NCBI GenBank assembly: GCA_964507645.1
Contig: CAZDPU010000001.1
Span: forward strand, 1 to 59,312
From: an uncultured bacterium
GTDB taxonomy: Bacteria; UBP7; UBA6624
Reading direction: 5' to 3'
Length of the DNA stretch: 59,312 nt
The notes beneath the pieces are model-generated. The model was not told the origin of the DNA. It made no database searches and saw only the letters and a program-made list of their open reading frames with translations. Positions 10,054-18,080 of the stretch are shown in pieces. Each line of letters opens with the position of its first letter. The first letter of the stretch is position 1. A program made the translations under genes and the position numbers.

Positions 10054-10499
10054 GTCTTGAAGATCTTTATAGGAATGTAATTCTCGATCATTATAGATCT
10101 GCTAGAAACAAGGGGAGCATTGAAAATCCGGATCTTCATGCTGTTGGAAAAAACCCATCATGTGGAGACGAGTTAGAGATTTTTATTAAATTAAACTCTG
10201 ATAAAAAAGTTGAAGATGTCAAATGGAATGGTGAAGGTTGTGCTATATGTTGCGCAAGCTCTTCGATCATGACAGAGTCTCTAAAGAAAAAAACAAAAGA
10301 AGAAATATTTGACTTATCAAAAAGAATAAAAAAATTAATAAAAGGTGAAAGGTTGGATGATGAAGAAAAGGAAAATCTTGGAGAACTTATCGTTCTTCAG
10401 GGAGTTTCGAAGTTTCCAGTTAGGGTAAAATGCGCAACTCTTGGTTGGGTTTCAGTTGAGATAGCTTTTGAAGGAAAAAAAGAAATTTCTACTGAATAA
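10050..10499 (+). CDS. sufU: SUF system sulfur-transfer/scaffold protein SufU
   Basis: ILDHY, NPSCGD, GCAIC, PVRVKCATL. Confidence 0.93.
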   Translation: MSLEDLYRNVILDHYRSARNKGSIENPDLHAVGKNPSCGDELEIFIKLNSDKKVEDVKWNGEGCAICCASSSIMTESLKKKTKEEIFDLSKRIKKLIKGERLDDEEKENLGELIVLQGVSKFPVRVKCATLGWVSVEIAFEGKKEISTE

Positions 10500-11709
10500 T
10501 TTTTTCTTCTTTGAATTTTAAATTCCTAAAAAAAATGTAATACATTGTTGTTGTTAAGATGTATAAAAATGATGTAACAAGAAAAGGTTCTTTGTAGCTT
10601 TGATGTGTATCTATCCATATGCCACTCAAGGGAGGTCCTATTGTCCATCCAAGACCCCAGATAATTCCAATAACTGCTAAAGATTTTCCTCTATGCTCCT
10701 CGGGTGTTATTTCCATTAAAAGCCTTGACCCAAGTGGATGTGTTGCATTAATGAGCATTGCTCTTATCACAAATGCAAAAACAGCAATTGTAGGACTCGT
10801 CGTAAAGGCTAATGCAACTAGGAAGGGAATCGACAAAAAGTTTAAAAGGGTTATTGCAATTGTAGTTTGTATTTTTTTTGCTATGGTTGGTGCAATTAGG
10901 TAACCTACAACTAGCATTAATTCTTGAATAGAAAAGGCGTTTCCTATTTCTGAATTAGTCAAACCCATGCTTGCGAGATAGACATTCATGAAGGGGATTG
11001 ACATTCCAGCCCCTAAGGCTAAAGGGATATGAGCTACCCAATATTTCCCAATAAGCCCATTGTTGATTTTTGCAAGTTCTTTAAATTTTATAGTGCTCTT
11101 TTTTTTCTTTCTTGAATGATGTACAGACTTTAATTTTTTATAGATCACGAAGGAAAAAATGTTAAAAATACCCAAAAATAAATACATCATTTGAAAACCT
11201 TTAGGGCCTCCAAGATTGTCTAGAATTGAAGGCAATTTACCTCCTAGCAAAGATCCGACAGAGTGAGCGATTCCGGTTATTACAAAACCAAGCGTAAACC
11301 TATGGTTGGCAAGCTTTTCTTGCCCAATGGCTAAAAGGGGTTCAAAAGCATGCATCAAGGGGTGAAATATCATCCCTGCTAGAAAAGAAGACAGTATTAT
11401 TGTTGTTGCTGTTGTTGAAAAACCTCTCAGGATTATGAGTATTCCTAATATTGGAATTCCAATGCTTATCATTTTCCCTACACCATTTTTATCCATCCAT
11501 TTTCCAAGTTTATAAGCTACAAGTATTGATCCAATTGATACAGTTGCTGCTGCGTAACCTATTATTTCCTCATTGAAACCTAGACTTTTTAGATAAAGAT
11601 TATAGGAAACTCGAATAATGCCGAAATTAAGACCAAATATTGCCCAAGAGATTAAAAAAATAGGGAACCAGCTGGGGGCATCCTTGTAGGCTTTTTGGTA
11701 ATTATTCAA
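10489..11709 (-). CDS. MFS transporter
   Basis: About 12 hydrophobic segments, GKWMDKNG motif-A-like, EEHRGK; TTG start. Confidence 0.85.
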   Translation of the reverse strand: MNNYQKAYKDAPSWFPIFLISWAIFGLNFGIIRVSYNLYLKSLGFNEEIIGYAAATVSIGSILVAYKLGKWMDKNGVGKMISIGIPILGILIILRGFSTTATTIILSSFLAGMIFHPLMHAFEPLLAIGQEKLANHRFTLGFVITGIAHSVGSLLGGKLPSILDNLGGPKGFQMMYLFLGIFNIFSFVIYKKLKSVHHSRKKKKSTIKFKELAKINNGLIGKYWVAHIPLALGAGMSIPFMNVYLASMGLTNSEIGNAFSIQELMLVVGYLIAPTIAKKIQTTIAITLLNFLSIPFLVALAFTTSPTIAVFAFVIRAMLINATHPLGSRLLMEITPEEHRGKSLAVIGIIWGLGWTIGPPLSGIWIDTHQSYKEPFLVTSFLYILTTTMYYIFFRNLKFKEEKIIQ

Positions 11710-11732
11710 ATCTTTTCTTTTTTTTATAAAAA

Positions 11733-11805
11733 CACCCTCGGAGAGACTTGAACTCCCAACCTACGGCTTAGAAGGCCGTCGCTCTGCCAGTTGAGCTACG
11801 AGGGC
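11733..11805 (-). tRNA. tRNA-Arg(TCT), CCA not encoded
   Basis: GCCCTCG/CGAGGGT acceptor stem, TAGCTCAACTGGCAGAGC D arm, ACGGC-CTTCTAA-GCCGT anticodon arm, TTCAAGT T loop. Confidence 0.95.
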
Positions 11806-12020
11806 TATTTTATTCCTGGTAAATTCTGCTTTCTTTTTTCTAGAATTTCTTTTAGGTTTGGGTGAACTCTTTGCATGCATTTTCCATGCTTGTAAACTGC
11901 AATGTATTTTTCATCACATTCAGGACAAATCCTTGATTTATATTGAACACCGCCATTGTATTTATCCCAAATAAAATTTGAGGTTTTTTCGTAAGTTCCA
12001 GAGTTAACTGGACTATCCAT
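11805..12020 (-). CDS. Hypothetical 71-aa protein with CPEC...HGKC possible metal-binding motif
   Basis: ATG at 12020 in a TAATG overlap with the upstream stop; stop TAG overlaps G1 of tRNA-Arg. Confidence 0.55.
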   Translation of the reverse strand: MDSPVNSGTYEKTSNFIWDKYNGGVQYKSRICPECDEKYIAVYKHGKCMQRVHPNLKEILEKRKQNLPGIK

Positions 12021-13258
12021 TAAAAACCACCCTCTTGATGTCCAACAGGACATACTGAGAAAGTTAGACCTGCTGCTGCAATGGATCCTGCTGAAGAGCC
12101 GTATCCTAATTGAGCAGTTTCTTCACATACGACGATTTGTAAACCTTGCTGAACAATCTGCCTTGTTTCTTCACTTTGTCTGTATGCTTTTGTCTCTCCA
12201 GTAGGTATTTTGTTTTCGTAAACTTTCATATTGTTTTCTAGGCTGACAATCATATCTATGAGCTTGTCTGTTTCTGGGTTGATGTAAGCTCTTCCAGTTA
12301 GCTCTAAAGTTCCAATAAAATCTCTATCAATTCTCCATTCATTTTGTTCACTAACTTCTTTACCATCAAATCTTGCAAATCCAAACATATCAATCACGAT
12401 TGAAGGTTCGAGTCTGTAAGCTTTGAGATTTGGTAAGCTGAGCATGGTTCCTCCAGAAACGATTCCCTGGACATATCTTGTATCTCTTATTGGCAACCTA
12501 TATTCAATATCTATTTTTTGAAGAGTTCTCAAGCCTGGTATTGTTAAATAAACTGAACGCACCCATGTTTCCCCAAGTTTTACAGTCCTGTCAGGAAATC
12601 TTAATATATGGAAGTATTCCATTATTTGACCTAGAGAAACATTAGCTCTTTCTCTTTCGTTTTTAACCAATTCCAAAGGAACTCCTTGACTGGTTAAAAC
12701 CTCACCATTTTTGTTTCTTATAAGAACGTGATCATCATCAAGTAAATCTATTACAGAGTCCTCAATTTTTGTATCTTCTGAACTTCCAGAACTTCCACCA
12801 CCACCCGGAGCCATTCCTGCTCTTGGGTCTATTCCTCTACCTTCTCCACCATCGCCTTCTCCACCACCTGGAGGTCCACCACCTGGAGGTCCACCACCTT
12901 CTCCACCATCACCGTCAGCAGGACCACCACCACCATCAACTCCACCAGATATTCCAAAGTCCTGTCTTTCGTAAGAGTAATCATCAAATCTAACTCTCGA
13001 CCATGTTAAATTAAATTCCTCACTTTCATGTGTTTCAGAAAGAACTGCTTGTGTAAAGCCCTGTAAGCTTTCAAATTCCCCTGGAGCCCAAATTTGACCA
13101 CTCGATCCAGCTTGAATGATATATCTATGGGGAGTTGGATGCAGAGGAATTGGAGGGTTGTAAGAAAGCTGTATGAAATCATTTTTTACAACTAGGGATG
13201 CTGCAACAAGAAGGATTGCAGGAACCAAAAATAAAAGCCTAATTCCTTTAATGTTCAT
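12020..13258 (-). CDS. Hypothetical exported protein with Gly/Pro-rich linker (DUF6263-like beta-rich region)
   Basis: N-terminal hydrophobic anchor; GGGPPGGGPPGGG tract; FPDRTVKLGETW resembles the P..PV..G..W motif. Confidence 0.6.
   Translation of the reverse strand: MNIKGIRLLFLVPAILLVAASLVVKNDFIQLSYNPPIPLHPTPHRYIIQAGSSGQIWAPGEFESLQGFTQAVLSETHESEEFNLTWSRVRFDDYSYERQDFGISGGVDGGGGPADGDGGEGGGPPGGGPPGGGEGDGGEGRGIDPRAGMAPGGGGSSGSSEDTKIEDSVIDLLDDDHVLIRNKNGEVLTSQGVPLELVKNERERANVSLGQIMEYFHILRFPDRTVKLGETWVRSVYLTIPGLRTLQKIDIEYRLPIRDTRYVQGIVSGGTMLSLPNLKAYRLEPSIVIDMFGFARFDGKEVSEQNEWRIDRDFIGTLELTGRAYINPETDKLIDMIVSLENNMKVYENKIPTGETKAYRQSEETRQIVQQGLQIVVCEETAQLGYGSSAGSIAAAGLTFSVCPVGHQEGGF
12861..12899. repeat. 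15-bp coding tandem repeat CCACCACCTGGAGGT x2.6
   Basis: Seen directly; encodes GGGPP units; flanked by a duplicated CCTTCTCCACCATC. Confidence 0.85.
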
Positions 13259-13309
13259 AACCAGTCTCTTATCCTACTATATCTCTTCATTATTTAGTTT
13301 TATTTTTTA

Positions 13310-13384
13310 TGGTGGAGCTGGAGGGATTCGAACCCTCGACCCCTTGTATGCCATACAAGTGCGCTACCACTGCGCTACAGCCCC
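13310..13384 (-). tRNA. tRNA-Ala(GGC), CCA encoded
   Basis: GGGGCTG/CAGCTCC stem with G3:U70, CTTGT-ATGGCAT-ACAAG anticodon arm, TTCGAAT, terminal ACCA. Confidence 0.96.
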
Positions 13385-13729
13385 TTAAGATTCATAGATT
13401 ATTGAACAATCTTGCACTAGGCCATCTATATCCCAGTAATCTCTAGCCGTTGGTGTCATCAGGTGAACGATTGTATCTCCAAGATCCAATAGGGACCATT
13501 CTGATTCAGATTCCGACCCTTCAGGGGTGACATTGAAGCCATTTTTCTTAAGCCATTGTTTTACATTTTCCCTAAGTGTTTTTAAGTGAGTTTTATTTTG
13601 TGCAGTTGCAATGATGAAATTTTTTGTCCAGGTCATTTTCTTTTCAACATTTATCAATTTCACTTCTTCAGCAAATTCATCTAAAAGCATTAAGCTTATT
13701 TTTTTTGGATCTAGGTTTTTTTCAGCCAT
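13385..13729 (-). CDS. rsfS: Ribosome silencing factor
   Basis: FIIATA...HL, EG....W.LLDLGDTIVHLM...R.YWDID.L; nadD neighbourhood. Confidence 0.9.
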   Translation of the reverse strand: MAEKNLDPKKISLMLLDEFAEEVKLINVEKKMTWTKNFIIATAQNKTHLKTLRENVKQWLKKNGFNVTPEGSESESEWSLLDLGDTIVHLMTPTARDYWDIDGLVQDCSIIYES

Positions 13730-13732
13730 TTT

Positions 13733-14551
13733 TTAGTTGATGTTTTTTGATATCCATTGATTTAAATCATTCATTTCTGGAGACCAGTAAGGACCCATGA
13801 ATTTCCCTGGGAGTATTTCAGTCAAAGGGGATTCCCCTAGCGTCCTTATGCCTAGAACTAACACTTCTTCCATCTTTAAATTGGTTTCAATGTTTTCAAG
13901 AAATTTACTAATTACAGATATTTTTTTCAGAGTTCCTGATTTGTGAAATTTTTTAAGAATTGCGTGAGCTAGCTTTTGTTGTCTTTGTATTCTTCCTATA
14001 TCACCTAAAGAATCGTTTCTGAATCTTGCATACAAAACTGAATCTTTTCCATTTAAGTTATGAATGCCTGATTCAAAGTTTATCTTTAAGTTTTGAGAAT
14101 TGTCTTCGTATTTAAGTTCTTTTTCTATATGAACTTTTACTCCACCTAGATCATCGATTAATTTTTCCAGATCTTTGAAGTTGATTACAAGGTATCTATC
14201 AACTTTAATATTTGCTAAAGAGTTTAAAGCGCCTCTTAAGCCTGTTATGTTTCCATTATTGTGCCAACTATGGTTTATTCTGTTTGTTCCATCTTGAGTT
14301 TCAACAAGCGTATCTCTTGGTATTGAGAGTATGTTTGGAGCACCTCCGGATTTAGGTAAAGCTGCAAGAAGTATCGTATCGGGGTTTATATCTTCTTTTG
14401 ATTGGTCAAGACCAACTATAAGAATCGTTTCTGCTCTTTTTTGTTTGTATTTTTTGAAACTTTCTGGAAATTCATAACTTGACAAAAGGATGAAAAACAT
14501 TAAACTGAAAAACATCCCTAAGAAAGTTAAATTTAGGTACTTTTGTATCAT
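13733..14551 (-). CDS. LCP (LytR-CpsA-Psr) family protein
   Basis: N-terminal TM; DTILL, SIPRDT, IDDLGGV, YARFR..DIGRIQRQQ. Confidence 0.92.
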   Translation of the reverse strand: MIQKYLNLTFLGMFFSLMFFILLSSYEFPESFKKYKQKRAETILIVGLDQSKEDINPDTILLAALPKSGGAPNILSIPRDTLVETQDGTNRINHSWHNNGNITGLRGALNSLANIKVDRYLVINFKDLEKLIDDLGGVKVHIEKELKYEDNSQNLKINFESGIHNLNGKDSVLYARFRNDSLGDIGRIQRQQKLAHAILKKFHKSGTLKKISVISKFLENIETNLKMEEVLVLGIRTLGESPLTEILPGKFMGPYWSPEMNDLNQWISKNIN

Positions 14552-15108
14552 TTGTAAAGACCTCTCTTGAGAATCTTTTCTTCAACCAATTTCGGTAATA
14601 GATTTTTCACAGATTTTTTTTCCTTAATCTTCCTTCTTATTTCGGAAGATGAAATTTCCATTATTTTAGATTTGAGAAATGTTGTTTTATTGTTTTTTTC
14701 AGATTCCATTCTTCTTGCTACAACTATATTACAGTTGTCAATTAATTCATTATAGTTTTTCCAATTTTTTATATCTTTTAAATTGTCTTCCCCAATCAAA
14801 AGAGATATTTTTTTATTTTCATGATTTTTTTTAGCCCATCTGACTTGGTCTATCGAGTAACAGGTTTTATTTTTCTTTTTCTCGAAATCAGATATTATGA
14901 CGTTTTTTAATTTAGCTGTTCCTGCCTTGCAGAGCCGAACTCTTTCTTCAAATGATGCATGAAAATTTTTCCCTACAGGAGAGATGTATGTAGGGATAAC
15001 ATATATGGGTTTATATTTTTCCTTAATGCAAGAATTTATTAGCTCTAAATGTGCATTGTGAAAAGGATCAAAGGAGCCTCCAAAAATTAAAGGGTTTATT
15101 CTGGCCAT
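14548..15108 (-). CDS. nadD: Nicotinate-nucleotide adenylyltransferase
   Basis: FGGSFDPFHNAH, LIGEDN...W, ISSSEIR. Confidence 0.92.
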   Translation of the reverse strand: MARINPLIFGGSFDPFHNAHLELINSCIKEKYKPIYVIPTYISPVGKNFHASFEERVRLCKAGTAKLKNVIISDFEKKKNKTCYSIDQVRWAKKNHENKKISLLIGEDNLKDIKNWKNYNELIDNCNIVVARRMESEKNNKTTFLKSKIMEISSSEIRRKIKEKKSVKNLLPKLVEEKILKRGLYK

Positions 15109-15935
15109 TCTTTTATGCTTTTGATATTTTCAGAATCTATAGGTATTAAGGAATTTTTATATGTATAAATTTTGCATTCTCTTGGCAAGATTTCTTTTAT
15201 TTTTAAAAAATCTTTTATTTTTGTAAATCTTCCAACAAAAACAATTTTTTTTGCATTTTTTGTTTGGTGAAGCCAGTTTTTTACTTCATTTAGAGATGGT
15301 ATTAGAAGTATTTTTTCATTAATTTTCAACTTGTTAACTTTAACTCCTATTATTGGATAGCTGGGCATTACTTTGTCATACTTTCTTCCTGTTAGTTTTT
15401 CATGGATAGAAAGAGAGGAGTTTGTGTTGGATATTATTGCAGTATCACAAGGAACAAAATAATCCATCCTAAGACTCTTCTCCTCTCCAGGTTTTCCTTT
15501 TGTTATTTTTTTTGGAGACCTGTTTACAGAACTTGCAAAAGATCTATTACCCCTTCCTCCACGGCCACCTTTTAGGGTGAATGTGTCTCCAGGTTTTTCA
15601 AGTTTTTTAATTAATTCTTTTTTCAAATCCCTCAACTCTGTTCCAGTTGGAACTTTCAGGATTAGCTCTTTTCCATTTTTTCCACTTTTGTTATTTTTTC
15701 CACCACTAAAACCATTTTCAGCTTTTATAGGTTTGTTTTTTTTGAATTTGTATAAATCAAATACAGAATCATCGGCAACGATGGAAAGGTTTCCACCTTG
15801 GCCTCCGTTTCCTCCGTCAGGCCCCATGCTCGCTCTGAATTTTTGCCTCAGGAAAGAAGACCTTCCATCGCCGCCATTCCCAGCGACTAAGTGAATTTCA
15901 GTCGAATCTATGAATTTGTTGAGGAATTTACTCAG
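15096..15935 (-). CDS. obg: Obg/CgtA homologue with intact Obg fold but degenerate, truncated G domain; probable CTG start
   Basis: Frame is open 5' of the track ATG (15827): (L)[47 protein letters not shown], a classic Obg N-terminus. In-frame stop at 15939-41 and no ATG/GTG/TTG; CTG at 15933-35. Located directly after rplU-rpmA. Confidence 0.85.
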   Translation of the reverse strand: MSKFLNKFIDSTEIHLVAGNGGDGRSSFLRQKFRASMGPDGGNGGQGGNLSIVADDSVFDLYKFKKNKPIKAENGFSGGKNNKSGKNGKELILKVPTGTELRDLKKELIKKLEKPGDTFTLKGGRGGRGNRSFASSVNRSPKKITKGKPGEEKSLRMDYFVPCDTAIISNTNSSLSIHEKLTGRKYDKVMPSYPIIGVKVNKLKINEKILLIPSLNEVKNWLHQTKNAKKIVFVGRFTKIKDFLKIKEILPRECKIYTYKNSLIPIDSENIKSIKEWPE

Positions 15936-16182
15936 AATCTATTTGTGCTACTTTTTTATTACCTCTTTTGTTTACATATTTGACTATGCCATTATTCAAT
16001 GCAAACAAAGTGTAATCTTTTCCAATTCCAACATCTTTACCAGGGTGTATATTTTTACCCCTCTGCCTAACTAAAACATTTCCAGTTGAAACTTTTTGAC
16101 CATCTGAACATTTGACGCCAAGACGTTTTCCTGCAGTTGATCTTAAATTTTTAGTACTTCCCTGACCTGTTTTATGTGCCAT
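15928..16182 (-). CDS. rpmA: 50S ribosomal protein L27
   Basis: MAHK..GST.N, KRLGVK, VRQRG..IHPG..VG.GKD.TLFAL. Confidence 0.97.
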   Translation of the reverse strand: MAHKTGQGSTKNLRSTAGKRLGVKCSDGQKVSTGNVLVRQRGKNIHPGKDVGIGKDYTLFALNNGIVKYVNKRGNKKVAQIDSE

Positions 16183-16183
16183 A

Positions 16184-16498
16184 TTAACCCTCTATTTTTA
16201 AAACTTTTAATTGGGTGTATTCTTGCCTGTGGCCAATAATTCTTTTGTAGTTCTTTTTTGCTTTGTATTTTTGGACTCTGACTTTTTTATCCTTGACGTG
16301 AGCAATGACTTCGCAAGTAACCTTTGCTTTTTCTAATAGAGGTTTTCCAATTTTGACTTTATCTTTATTTATCGTCATTAGGACCTCTTTGTAAACAATT
16401 TTTTTGCCTTTTTCTTCAGTAACCTTATCAACAAATACGGTTTCCCCTGAACAAACTAACATTTGTGTTCCTGATGCTTTAATAATTGCCTTCTTCAT
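16184..16498 (-). CDS. rplU: 50S ribosomal protein L21
   Basis: [20 protein letters not shown]; adjacent to rpmA. Confidence 0.96.
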   Translation of the reverse strand: MKKAIIKASGTQMLVCSGETVFVDKVTEEKGKKIVYKEVLMTINKDKVKIGKPLLEKAKVTCEVIAHVKDKKVRVQKYKAKKNYKRIIGHRQEYTQLKVLKIEG

Positions 16499-16545
16499 GT
16501 CTTTAATAAAATAAACCCGTAATAGACTATTATATAACTTTTTTT

Positions 16546-16641
16546 ATGGAAAGATTTTTTGGACAGATAACGAACTTAGCTTTAGTACTTGCTGTTGTTG
16601 GTTTTCTTCTTTGGTTTTTTTCAGCAAAATTAAGAAAATAA
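16546..16641 (+). CDS. Putative 31-aa single-TM small protein
   Basis: Not in track; MERFFGQITNLALVLAVVGFLLWFFSAKLRK*, fills the gap up to 1 nt before the next gene. Confidence 0.5.
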   Translation: MERFFGQITNLALVLAVVGFLLWFFSAKLRK

Positions 16642-16642
16642 A

Positions 16643-18079
16643 CTAATCCCCTCTCCAGAGAACTGCAAGTAATGCAAGGCACATTTCATCTAGAGAGGTA
16701 TTTCCCAACCTTACGTCAATGGGTTCATTGATATCGTCATATTCACTCAGGGCATAGGCAAGAAAAGGGTTGTTCATGGTGTTGTCAAAAGTGCATTTGA
16801 ATTCAAGGGTGTCTCCTCCCTTTATCCTTGGGACAATCCACCTTCCTCCTGGGAATTTTGCATTGTAGTAGTACATTCTTTGATAATAGAAGTTGTAGTT
16901 TGGTGTTGCAATCAGGCATTCCTTTTTACTTTGCCCCTCTTCAGGATTTTTTCGATGGAGGATAACTTCCATGTTGGTTCCTGTATAGTGCATATGTGTT
17001 CCTATCCCAAAGATTGCTGTTTCTGGAAAGTTTTCTGGAAGTGTGAAAAGAATTGTTTCCTCATGATCTTTTACGTTTGCGGGAATTACAAAATCTGGAT
17101 ATCCTTTTTCATCATATGAGCCCGGAACAAGGCCATTTGGAATTTGATTTCCATCCTCATCAAATCTACTATCGTGGACAGAGCCCCATTGCCAAACAAG
17201 AGTTTTAAATATAGGTTCATTTTTTATTATCTCGAGGTCTAGCATTGTTGAGTCTTTTGGAGGTTCGTTGTACTCTTCATGAATGTGGTAATGTATTTGC
17301 ATGATAATCCTAGATCCCTCAGGGATATGTATTCCGGATTCCTTTGGGGGTTCGTAAGGTGGGTATCCAGGATTCCATCCCCCTATCAAACTTACTTCAA
17401 AACCTACATCGCCAAAGCAGTTGTAGTAACCTTTCTCACCAGCTGTTTCTGCAGATGCTCCTTTCTCGTCAAGCCATAATCCGACATGATGGACAACCTC
17501 TCTGTTTCCGGGAGTTATCCTGAAGTTTGTCATCCATGTGTCTCCCTCAATTTTTGGGTCAAGGACAAAGCATCTCAGCATGTCGTCTGTTCCTCCCCAC
17601 TTCTCCCCAACAATCGTGTATTCGGGAATCGTCATCTTTATGTCTGACCTGAAAGGAACCTCTTTTTTCTTCTCTTCGTTTTTTTCAATCTTTTCACCCA
17701 TGGGAAAATCAGAATCTATCCATTTTTCCAGAAGGAGTATTTCTTTTTGGGTTAGGCTGGGGTCATCTTTCCATCCGAGTTGGTTTGGTTCACATGTTTC
17801 CGTTTCTCCGGGACCCCACGGAGGCATCCTTTTTGCCTTGATTGCCCTCAAGGCACTTTTCGCCTTTTCTTTGACCTGGTCGTATGTTTCCAGAGAGAAT
17901 TCAGCAACATTCCCATCTGAATGGCATGAGATGCAGTGATCTGAGAATATTTCTGAGATATGTCCCTCCCATGTGACTTCTGATTCAACAAGAGTAAACT
18001 CTTCTTGATTTGATGTGTTCTTTTCTTGACATGAGGTGAAAATAAGTAAAAAAGCAAAAAGGAAGATTCTTTTCATCAT
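16643..18079 (-). CDS. Copper type II (PHM/DBH-like) monooxygenase lipoprotein with c-type heme motif, copy A
   Basis: Lipobox FTSC; CISCH; VVHH, QIHYH, THMH and DEMC copper-ligand motifs; ATG 18079/18076 preferred over track start 18103. Confidence 0.85.
   Translation of the reverse strand: MMKRIFLFAFLLIFTSCQEKNTSNQEEFTLVESEVTWEGHISEIFSDHCISCHSDGNVAEFSLETYDQVKEKAKSALRAIKAKRMPPWGPGETETCEPNQLGWKDDPSLTQKEILLLEKWIDSDFPMGEKIEKNEEKKKEVPFRSDIKMTIPEYTIVGEKWGGTDDMLRCFVLDPKIEGDTWMTNFRITPGNREVVHHVGLWLDEKGASAETAGEKGYYNCFGDVGFEVSLIGGWNPGYPPYEPPKESGIHIPEGSRIIMQIHYHIHEEYNEPPKDSTMLDLEIIKNEPIFKTLVWQWGSVHDSRFDEDGNQIPNGLVPGSYDEKGYPDFVIPANVKDHEETILFTLPENFPETAIFGIGTHMHYTGTNMEVILHRKNPEEGQSKKECLIATPNYNFYYQRMYYYNAKFPGGRWIVPRIKGGDTLEFKCTFDNTMNNPFLAYALSEYDDINEPIDVRLGNTSLDEMCLALLAVLWRGD
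16767..18046. repeat. Direct repeat, copy 1 (1280 bp, apparently identical to 18202-19481)
   Basis: Offset 1435; encoded protein and alternative-frame ORFs are identical between copies; boundaries read by eye. Confidence 0.9.
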
Positions 18080-18080
18080 T

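Noticed and set aside
12780-12950. CRISPR-like repeat array
   Set aside because: Repeats are contiguous in-frame Gly/Pro codons without spacers; no cas genes
15096-15480. Frameshifted obg pseudogene with the G domain in another frame
   Set aside because: The frame stays open to a stop overlapping nadD, residual similarity is in-frame, and the interval is too short for a normal G domain
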